Assembly: GCA_035942855.1 (NCBI GenBank)
Contig: DASZCS010000012.1
Location: 33,198 to 97,197 of the forward strand
From: Pyrinomonadaceae bacterium
Lineage (GTDB): Bacteria; Acidobacteriota; Blastocatellia; Pyrinomonadales; Pyrinomonadaceae
Reading direction: 5' to 3'
Length of the DNA: 64,000 nucleotides
The notes under the pieces were generated by a model that was given only the letters and a program-made list of their open reading frames with translations, was not told where the DNA came from and searched no databases. The position numbers and the translations under genes are program-made. Shown here piece by piece: positions 16,427-23,350 of the stretch; position 1 is the first letter of the stretch, and every line of letters begins with the position of its first letter.

Positions 16427-17412
16427 CCGTCCTCATCATCACTCACAGCCGTGATAACGAGAGCATAAGCCTTGTCGCTGAGGCTATCGAAAGGCGGGGC
16501 GGAAGTTCGTTCTGCTTCGACACGGACAGATTCCCGACAGCGGTTCAACTCGTCGCGCGCTACGGCGAGTTTCCCGAACAACTTTCATTTGCGGACGGCG
16601 GCGCGACGCTCGACCTGCGCGACGTGTCGTCCATCTGGCATCGCCGCCTTGATGTCGGCGGGCGTCTGCCCGACGGGATGGACGCCCAACTCCGTCACGC
16701 CTCGCTCGGCGAATCGCGCGCAACCGTCTTGGGGATGCTGGCGAGCCTCGACGCGTTTCGCATGGACGCCGAGCCTTTGATTCGTCGAGCTGAAAACAAG
16801 CAGTTGCAGATTCGTGTCGCGTGCGAATTGGGACTGGACACGCCGCGCACGCTTACCACCAACGACCCGGCGGCCGTGCGTGCCTTCGCGCGCACCTGCG
16901 AGCAGGGGATGATCGCAAAGATGCTCTCGTCCTTCGCCATCTACGAAGACGGAGCGGAGAAAGTCGTCTTCACCAACCCGGTCACGGCGGAAGACCTGGA
17001 CAACCTCGGCGGGCTGCGGCTCTGCCCGATGACTTTTCAGGAACAAGTCGCGAAGCGTCTGGAACTGCGCGCAACAATCGTCGGCGAGCGCGTGTTCACT
17101 GCCGCGATCGACTCGCAATCGTCAGCACGCGCTACGCACGATTGGCGGCGAGATGGTGAACGGCTGCTACGCGCGTGGCAACCCTACACGCTGCCGCCGG
17201 AGGTGGAAGAAAAATTGCTGCGCCTGATGGACTATTTTCAATTGAACTACGGCGCGGCCGACCTGATCGTGACGCCCGAAGGTCGCCACGTCTTTCTCGA
17301 AGTCAACCCTGCGGGCGAATTCTTCTGGCTCGAACGTCAACCGGGACTGCCCATCTCGGAAGCCATCGCCGATGTACTACTCGGCCGATCAAAGCGCAGG
17401 GAAAAAGGGTAA
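16423..17412 (+). CDS. mdnC: ATP-grasp RiPP macrocyclase, MdnC/MvdD-like
   Basis: ATG at 16423 gives MTVLIITHSRDNESISLVAEAIERRGGSSFCFDTDRFP. Further motifs: CPMTFQEQV and YGAADLIVTPEGRHVFLEVNPAGEFFWLE. The ORF-track start at 16348 only adds an Arg-rich out-of-context extension. Confidence 0.85.
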   Translation: MTVLIITHSRDNESISLVAEAIERRGGSSFCFDTDRFPTAVQLVARYGEFPEQLSFADGGATLDLRDVSSIWHRRLDVGGRLPDGMDAQLRHASLGESRATVLGMLASLDAFRMDAEPLIRRAENKQLQIRVACELGLDTPRTLTTNDPAAVRAFARTCEQGMIAKMLSSFAIYEDGAEKVVFTNPVTAEDLDNLGGLRLCPMTFQEQVAKRLELRATIVGERVFTAAIDSQSSARATHDWRRDGERLLRAWQPYTLPPEVEEKLLRLMDYFQLNYGAADLIVTPEGRHVFLEVNPAGEFFWLERQPGLPISEAIADVLLGRSKRREKG

Positions 17413-17419
17413 AGAAGAA

Positions 17420-17506
17420 GGGGAAAGAGAAAGGGGTAAAGGTAAAAGGTGAAGACAAAAAGGCTCTGGCTTTTCGTCATCCACCTTGCCCCTTACCCTT
17501 TTCCCC
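17420..17506. repeat. imperfect purine-rich palindrome between convergent genes; probable bidirectional terminator
   Basis: GGGGAAAGAGAAAGGGGTAAAGGTAAAAGGTGAAGACAAAAAGG pairs imperfectly with CTTTTCGTCATCCACCTTGCCCCTTACCCTTTTCCCC. The central stem is GACAAAAAG / CTTTTCGTC. Confidence 0.6.
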
Positions 17507-18057
17507 TATCGCGTGTTCTCGGCCAGTATGTTGCAGAAGAGTGCGCCCTGTTCGATGGCGTCGTCGAGGGCTTTGTGCGTGTGCGGCAGGTCGTCGAACC
17601 AATGGCGCGGCATGCTGGATTTGACGACGTGGCGGAAATCTTTTTTGAGGATCGCCATGGCGTAGGATTTGATGTCCAGCCCGATGAAAGAGAAGGGACT
17701 CTCGCCCGCGAACTGGTGTAGATACCACTGCACGAACATGTAATCGAAGACTACGGGGTAGGCGACGAAGATGGGGCGGCCGGGCAGAGCCTTGAGCCAC
17801 GCGACGTATTTCTTCATGGCATCGGCGGGCGTCTGCAAATCCGTGCGGCAAGCCGCCCAGGCCTCCGGCTGCGTCTTCCACCATTGCATCGTCTCCGGGT
17901 GACCGCTCGCGCCCGGCAGCGTTTCGAGATTGGCCGTGAACGTCGAGAGCAGAGTCTTGTCGGCCAGATAAGCGGCAGAGCCGACGCTGAGCATCGAGTG
18001 AGGGCCGGGGATCGGCCCGTCCGTCTCCACGTCGGTGCTCACGTAAATTTCCCTCAT
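17506..18057 (-). CDS. DEDDh-type 3'-5' exonuclease domain protein
   Basis: Exo I motif STDVETDG near the N-terminus and Exo III motif [10 protein letters not shown] near the C-terminus. Size is about 180 aa. Confidence 0.65.
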   Translation of the reverse strand: MREIYVSTDVETDGPIPGPHSMLSVGSAAYLADKTLLSTFTANLETLPGASGHPETMQWWKTQPEAWAACRTDLQTPADAMKKYVAWLKALPGRPIFVAYPVVFDYMFVQWYLHQFAGESPFSFIGLDIKSYAMAILKKDFRHVVKSSMPRHWFDDLPHTHKALDDAIEQGALFCNILAENTR

Positions 18058-18104
18058 GTGATGTACCCTTAGAAAAAAAGATGAAGTAAGAACGATGGAC
18101 TAAA

Positions 18105-18187
18105 AAACGATGAAGTAGGAACGACGGAAGGATGAACGGAAAGCAATTGTCTTCCGTTCATCCTTCCGTCGTTCCTACTTCATCGTT
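18105..18187. repeat. perfect 36-bp-stem hairpin between two minus-strand genes
   Basis: AAACGATGAAGTAGGAACGACGGAAGGATGAACGGA (18105-18140) pairs with 18152-18187 around an 11-nt loop. A degenerate extra half-arm (AGATGAAGTAAGAACGATGGAC) lies at 18079-18100. Confidence 0.8.
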
Positions 18188-18193
18188 TCCAGT

Positions 18194-19450
18194 TTAGACT
18201 TCCGGCGTCGGCTTCTTCGTGCGCGAGGTGGCGGATTTAGAAGTGCCTTTGCGCGGCGCCGTGGTCTTCGGCGTCTTGGTTGAAGCAGAGCGCGCGGGCT
18301 TAGCGGGAGTAGCGGCGGTCGCTTCGGCATCGTCGCCGGTCGTCGAAGTACCGAGAATGTTGGAGACGGCGTTGGCCGCGTTCTCTACCAGGTCGGTGAC
18401 CCCCGCCGCGATGTCTGCGGCAAGCTCGCGCCCGGATTCCGGGATGATGCTGGAGACGGACTGCGGCGCGGCGGAGGCGGCTGCCGACATGGCCTGCGCC
18501 CCCGCCTCAATAGGGCGCGGGTCGAGCATCGCATCCCAGCGATACCGAACATCCCGTTGCGGCTCGCTCAAACGTTTGAAGACGAGATCGACGACCGCAT
18601 CCGTCACCCAGTTGTGATAGAACTCGCCGACCGAAGCCAGTTCGGCATCGGGCGCGGGGTTCATAAAGTCTATGGCGTAGGGAATGCCGTCTTTGATGGC
18701 GAACTCGACCGTGTTGATGTCGTAGCCGAGCGCGCGGCAGAGCGTACGCACGTCATTGCCGATGCGCTGCGCCAGTTCGGTCGAGAGGTAGTTCGGGTCT
18801 TGGATGTACTGCTCGCCCGACAGGTAAGGCTTGCGCGGGTCGTAGGGCATGATCATCACTTCTTCCTGCCCGATGCAGTAGCAGCGCACGAACTGGTCGA
18901 AGGCGATGAACTCTTGCAGCGTCATGCAGAGCGTGCCCGTCGTGTCGTAGACCTGCCAGAGTTCTTCGATGGTATTGACGCGCGAGACGTTCTTCCAGCC
19001 GCCGCCGTCGAAGGGCTTGATGATGGCGGGCATGCCGACGTAATCAACGATGCCTTGCCAGTCGAGCGGAAATTCGAGGTTGCGGAGGGATTCGCTCGTG
19101 ATGCCTTCGATGTAATCTTTCTGCGGCAGGAGCGCGGTCTTCGGGATGGCGACGCCGAGTTTGATCGCCAGAGAGTAGTTGAAAAATTTATCGTCGGCCG
19201 ACCACCAGAAGGGATTGTTGATGATCTGCGTGCCTTCGAGCGCACAGCGCTTGAGGAAGGCGCGATAGAAGGGAACTTCGTGCGAGATGCGGTCGATGAT
19301 GATGTCGTAGCGGCGTTCCTGGTCGAGACGGACGCCGCCGACCTCGACGTATTCGGCCGTCACCTCGCCCGCGCCGCGCGCGTTAATCCGGTCAATCAAT
19401 GCCTGCGGAAAAGTCTTCTCGCGGCCGACTAAAATACCAACAGTCTTCAC
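18194..19450 (-). CDS. ATP-grasp-fold protein (RimK/glutathione-synthetase-like) with a ~100-aa Ala/Thr/Pro/Lys-rich basic tail
   Basis: Central segment MPAIIKPFDGGGWKNVSRV resembles the ATP-grasp glycine-rich loop. Also EFAIKDGIPYAIDFMNPAPD. The tail reads TKTPKTTAPRKGTSKSATSRTKKPTPEV. The family call is from fold-level motifs only. Confidence 0.5.
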   Translation of the reverse strand: MKTVGILVGREKTFPQALIDRINARGAGEVTAEYVEVGGVRLDQERRYDIIIDRISHEVPFYRAFLKRCALEGTQIINNPFWWSADDKFFNYSLAIKLGVAIPKTALLPQKDYIEGITSESLRNLEFPLDWQGIVDYVGMPAIIKPFDGGGWKNVSRVNTIEELWQVYDTTGTLCMTLQEFIAFDQFVRCYCIGQEEVMIMPYDPRKPYLSGEQYIQDPNYLSTELAQRIGNDVRTLCRALGYDINTVEFAIKDGIPYAIDFMNPAPDAELASVGEFYHNWVTDAVVDLVFKRLSEPQRDVRYRWDAMLDPRPIEAGAQAMSAAASAAPQSVSSIIPESGRELAADIAAGVTDLVENAANAVSNILGTSTTGDDAEATAATPAKPARSASTKTPKTTAPRKGTSKSATSRTKKPTPEV

Positions 19451-19691
19451 TTTTTTAATATCCTTTCGCCAAAATCCGTCCTGAGAGGCGACACGTAAAG
19501 GAGGTGTTAATTCTTCGTTTACCTGTCGTCGATCACGGGCTTATGAAAACCGTGCACTCTACCTTCACGGTCGCCGGTTGTCAATGTGCGGCGGGCATCC
19601 GTCGGGCGGGTTTCCGGCATCAATACTTGTGCTTCGGACACGGCCGCCGGGAGCCGGAAGGGCGCGGACGCCTTACGGCTGGCGGCTTCTA

Positions 19692-19700
19692 TGTTACAAT
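19692..19700 (+). promoter_or_regulatory. extended -10 promoter candidate (TGtTACAAT)
   Basis: TG at 19692-19693 and TACAAT at 19695-19700, about 60 nt upstream of the next gene. The -35 is weak (TTACGG). Confidence 0.35.
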
Positions 19701-19762
19701 TCGCGGCTTGATTTTTCCGTTCTTCACGCCCGACAGGTTTTAAGCTGAAAGTTTTTAAGGAG

Positions 19763-20683
19763 ATGTTACCGGTGTTGCGACGCTTTCATTTAATCGCGCT
19801 GGCGGCCGTGCTCGTCGGCGCGGCCGGCCTCTCGCGCTCGACCTTTGCCCAGACCGCGCAGCCAACCCCTCAAACGCCCCAAACGGCCGTCCCGACCCCG
19901 ACGCCCGAAGTGAAGGTGGACAAGAAAGCCCAACCCATCACGGGCAAGGACGTTAAGAACCCGACGGCCGAGCAGGTTGCCGAGACGGTGATTATTATCT
20001 ACGGCGGCGGGGGCGGGCGCGAGATGCTCAAGCAGATTCGCCGCAACGGCGTGGAGCGCGGGAAGGTGACGCGCACGGCCAGCGACGGGCGCGTCGAAGA
20101 GATCAGTTACGAGCAGCGTTTCGTGCGCGGCGAGACGGCGGGCAAAGACAAAGTGCGCCTCGACCAGAAGATGCCTACCATGGAATACGCGCTCGTCTTC
20201 AACGAGGGGCAGATCTGGGGCGTCATCAACGGCACGGCATTTACGCCGAAGCAGGACGCGACGGCCGAATTCCTCTCGCAGTCGCAGCACGGCATCGACG
20301 CCCTCCTGCGTTACAAAGAGAACGGTTCGACGCTCACCTTCGTCGGCAAAGAGAAGTTGAAGGGGCTAGACCTCTGGGTCATCGACCTGACGGACAAAGA
20401 CAAGACGCGCACGCGCTACTACATCAGCGCGAACCCGGACATACGCAAGACGGCGCGTGTTCTCTGGCTCGAATATGAAGAGACGCCGCCCGACGCCTCT
20501 GCGCCGAGCAAATACCGGCGCACCTTCCACGACTATCGCTATTCGCAGAACACGCTCGTGCCCTATCGCTCGGTGCTCTACAAGGACGACAAGCAGGTGC
20601 AGGAATCGCGCGTGCAGACCGTCACCTACGGCATCAAGATGGACGAGAGTTTCTTCCAGAACCCGGAAGCCGCGGCGAATTAA
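19763..20683 (+). CDS. hypothetical secreted protein
   Basis: Signal peptide (LIALAAVLVGAAGLSRSTFAQ) followed by a Pro/Thr/Gln linker. AAGGAG abuts the ATG at 19763, so the GTG at 19772 may be the real start. No recognisable catalytic motif. Confidence 0.6.
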   Translation: MLPVLRRFHLIALAAVLVGAAGLSRSTFAQTAQPTPQTPQTAVPTPTPEVKVDKKAQPITGKDVKNPTAEQVAETVIIIYGGGGGREMLKQIRRNGVERGKVTRTASDGRVEEISYEQRFVRGETAGKDKVRLDQKMPTMEYALVFNEGQIWGVINGTAFTPKQDATAEFLSQSQHGIDALLRYKENGSTLTFVGKEKLKGLDLWVIDLTDKDKTRTRYYISANPDIRKTARVLWLEYEETPPDASAPSKYRRTFHDYRYSQNTLVPYRSVLYKDDKQVQESRVQTVTYGIKMDESFFQNPEAAAN

Positions 20684-20712
20684 AAGGCCGAGTTTCCAAA
20701 GCCCCGGCAGGG

Positions 20713-20877
20713 GCGACAGTTAATAGCCCCGTGCATGAGCGCGGGGTTAGAAACAGGGAAAACATTATGAAGCCCCGAAGGGGTGATACATTGTAGCTGT
20801 AATGTGTCGCCCCCTCGGGGCTTCATATTTTCGCTTCGCTTGAACCCCGCCGGACGGGCGGGGCTATTAACTGTCGC
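20713..20877. repeat. 165-bp nested (three-tier) palindromic element; MITE-like or structured RNA candidate
   Basis: Outer perfect 19-bp arms GCGACAGTTAATAGCCCCG (20713-20731) / CGGGGCTATTAACTGTCGC (20859-20877). Middle arms GCGGGGTT / AACCCCGC. Inner 26-bp arms ATGAAGCCCCGAAGGGGTGATACATT / AATGTGTCGCCCCCTCGGGGCTTCAT have 3 mismatches. Confidence 0.75.
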
Positions 20878-20934
20878 TGCTCTGCGGCTACTACGCGCCT
20901 CAAAATTGACGCTATAGATTTAGCCCTGCCGCTG

Positions 20935-20955
20935 TGCTAGTATCCCGCCGCCTTC
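20935..20955 (+). promoter_or_regulatory. extended -10 promoter candidate TGcTAGTAT plus conserved CCCGCCGC discriminator, upstream of fbp
   Basis: TGCTAGTATCCCGCCGCCTTC lies about 50 nt upstream of the fbp start. The same 14-mer TAGTATCCCGCCGC recurs at 23050. Confidence 0.4.
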
Positions 20956-21002
20956 GCCCGGACTCCGGTACACTCCGACTCGTTTAAGGAGTTCAAAGCA
21001 TC

Positions 21003-22949
21003 TTGCCCGGCCTTCAACACTTAGAAGATTCGACGCTCCTTCACGCCCTCTCGCAAAGTTACCCGACGGCCGACGCGGCGCTGGCCGAAGCCGCAGCCCT
21101 GCGCGCCGCGCTCTCTCTGCCGAAAGGCGTCGTCCACGTCGTCAGCGACGTGCACGGCGAGTATAAAAAACTTCGTCACATCATCAACAACGCCTCAGGC
21201 AGTCTGCGCGCGCTCGTCTCCAAACTGTTCGACGGCAAACTGGACGAGACCGCCCAGCAGGAACTGCTCGCCGTCCTCTATTACCCGCGCGAGTTGATGG
21301 AGCACCTGCACGACCAACTGTCAGACCGCGAGGCGCGCGGCGAGTGGGTGCGGCAGACGCTCCGGCGGCAGTTCGAGATCGTGCGCGAACTGGCGCGCGG
21401 CGTGCGTCACCGGCAGGTGAGCGCGTTGATGCCCGCCGAGTATGCCGAACTGTTCGAGGAACTGCGCGACGAACCGGCCTCGGGGCGCGACCATGCCTAC
21501 GCGGACGCGATGATCGACGCGCTCGCCGCGCACAACCGGGATTTGCAGGCCGTACGCGCCGCTTCGCGTCTGGTGCGCAATCTGTCCGTGTCGGAGATCA
21601 TCGTGGCGGGCGACCTCGGCGACCGTGGCCCGCGCATCGACAAGGTGATCGATTACCTGTCGGAGCAACCGAACGTCTCTTTCACCTGGGGCAATCACGA
21701 CGTGCTGTGGATGGGCTCGTGTCTGGGACAGGAGGCGTTGATCGCGACCGTGCTGCGCGTCTCACTGCGCTACCGGCGTCTGTCGCAACTCGAAGAGGGC
21801 TACGGGCTGATCATCGCGCCGCTCGAACGTCTCGCACGCACCGTGTACGCGGGCGACCCCTGCGAGCGTTTCAAGACGAAGGGCACGGGCTTGCGCGACG
21901 ACCTGCTCATGGCGCGGATGCAGAAGGCGATCTCCATCATCCAGTTCAAACTCGAAGGGCAGACCATCCGACGCCATCCCGAATGGGACATGGAGCGCCG
22001 CAATCTCCTGCACCGCATCGACAAGGAGGGGCGCACGGTCGAAATCGACGGCCGCGTCCATCCCTTGCTCGACGCGCACCTGCCCACGCTCGACCCCGCA
22101 GACCCATACACGCTCTCGCCGGAGGAACGCGCATGCATGGATCGTCTGCGGCAGTCGTTCGTGTCGAGTTCGCGCCTGTGGCAGCAGATGTCTTACGTGA
22201 CGCGGCGCGGCGCAACGTGGCTCCGGCGCGATCTGGCTTTGATCTTCCACGGCTGCGTGCCCGTGGACGAGCGCGGGGAATTTCTCTCGCTTGAGGTTGA
22301 AGGCCGCGAGTACGCCGGGCGCGAGTTGTTCGACGCGCTCGACCGCGTGGTGCGCCGCGCGATGAACGCGGGCGCGGAGACGGTGGGCGACGAAGCAGAT
22401 TGGCTCTGGTATCTCTGGACGGGTGCGCGCTCGCCCCTGTTCGGCAAAGACCGCATGGCGACTTTCGAGAGCTATTTCGTCGAAGACAAAGAGGCGCGCA
22501 AAGAGCACAAGAATCCTTACTTCAAGTTGATCCACGACGCCGATTTCTGTCGGCGCGTGGCCGCCGATTTCGGCATCCCGGAGGACGCACTGATCGTCAA
22601 CGGCCACGTGCCCGTCAAGGTCGAGAAGGGCGAAGAACCCGTCAAGCAGGGCGGAAACGCCGTGACTATTGACGGCGCGTTTTCCGAAGCCTACGGCGAC
22701 CGGGGCTACACGCTCATCATCGCGCCCGAGCGGGTCGCCCTGGCCGAGCATCATCACTTTGAATCCATCTCGGATGCGATCACGGCCGGGGCGGACATCG
22801 TGCCGAAGGTGACGACCATTCGCGCGCGCACACGCCCGCGCCTCGTCGCGGATACGGAAGAGGGCGACGGGATACGTCGTCGCGTCGGCGCGCTCGAACG
22901 CTTGATCCTCGCCTACGAACGCGGCGAGTTGATGGAAAAGCAGAAGTGA
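21003..22949 (+). CDS. fbp: fructose-1,6-bisphosphatase class III
   Basis: About 648 aa with metallophosphoesterase motifs VVSDVHGEY, GDLGDRGP, WGNHDVLWMG, FHGCVPVDE and VNGHVPVK, collinear with Bacillus-type Fbp as I recall it. TTG start with AAGGAG 11 nt upstream. Confidence 0.85.
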   Translation: MPGLQHLEDSTLLHALSQSYPTADAALAEAAALRAALSLPKGVVHVVSDVHGEYKKLRHIINNASGSLRALVSKLFDGKLDETAQQELLAVLYYPRELMEHLHDQLSDREARGEWVRQTLRRQFEIVRELARGVRHRQVSALMPAEYAELFEELRDEPASGRDHAYADAMIDALAAHNRDLQAVRAASRLVRNLSVSEIIVAGDLGDRGPRIDKVIDYLSEQPNVSFTWGNHDVLWMGSCLGQEALIATVLRVSLRYRRLSQLEEGYGLIIAPLERLARTVYAGDPCERFKTKGTGLRDDLLMARMQKAISIIQFKLEGQTIRRHPEWDMERRNLLHRIDKEGRTVEIDGRVHPLLDAHLPTLDPADPYTLSPEERACMDRLRQSFVSSSRLWQQMSYVTRRGATWLRRDLALIFHGCVPVDERGEFLSLEVEGREYAGRELFDALDRVVRRAMNAGAETVGDEADWLWYLWTGARSPLFGKDRMATFESYFVEDKEARKEHKNPYFKLIHDADFCRRVAADFGIPEDALIVNGHVPVKVEKGEEPVKQGGNAVTIDGAFSEAYGDRGYTLIIAPERVALAEHHHFESISDAITAGADIVPKVTTIRARTRPRLVADTEEGDGIRRRVGALERLILAYERGELMEKQK

Positions 22950-23046
22950 GGGACGCGCAACGGGGCGTTCGCGTCGGCCTTTGAAAAAGTTCGTGAAGGT
23001 TTAACGTGGCGAGTTGAAGAAGGTCATAGACGTTTATTCAAGAACG

Positions 23047-23066
23047 TGTTAGTATCCCGCCGCTTC
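23047..23066 (+). promoter_or_regulatory. extended -10 promoter candidate TGtTAGTAT plus conserved CCCGCCGC discriminator, upstream of tkt
   Basis: TGTTAGTATCCCGCCGCTTC, with TAGACG 17 nt upstream as a possible -35. It implies a leader of about 290 nt before tkt. Confidence 0.35.
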
Positions 23067-23111
23067 ATCGGACGAAACCTAGTCTTAAAAAATCGCGTCC
23101 TGCTCTTTCAT

Positions 23112-23162
23112 CCTGATTCGCACCCTGATTTCGCACCCTGATTTCGGGCTGGATTTTCTGCC
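23112..23162 (+). repeat. tandem 12-13-nt direct repeats in the tkt leader
   Basis: CCTGATTCGCAC / CCTGATTTCGCAC / CCTGATTTCGGGC, followed by a degenerate TGGATTTTCTGCC. Confidence 0.7.
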
Positions 23163-23350
23163 CACACAAGATCCCGCGGTTTCCAAGTTCGATCTCTGAT
23201 AACAATCTTTCGACGACACGCGAAGCGAGTTTTATGAACACGCACGAGTAAACGCCCTTTTCCGCTTACAACTGCTAGAACTTTATGCGTTTGCGCCTCT
23301 TCCCTCGCAAGGACAGACGGTAGATCAAATCTGCAAGGAGTCAGCAACCA

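Noticed and set aside
18194-19450. A third ATP-grasp gene, 0.8 kb from the microviridin ligases, as part of the graspetide cluster.
   Set aside because: It is on the opposite strand and separated by an exonuclease gene and two strong hairpins. It lacks the N-terminal THSxD..FDTDRFP leader-binding signature shared by the two ligases. It resembles RimK/GshB-type enzymes instead.
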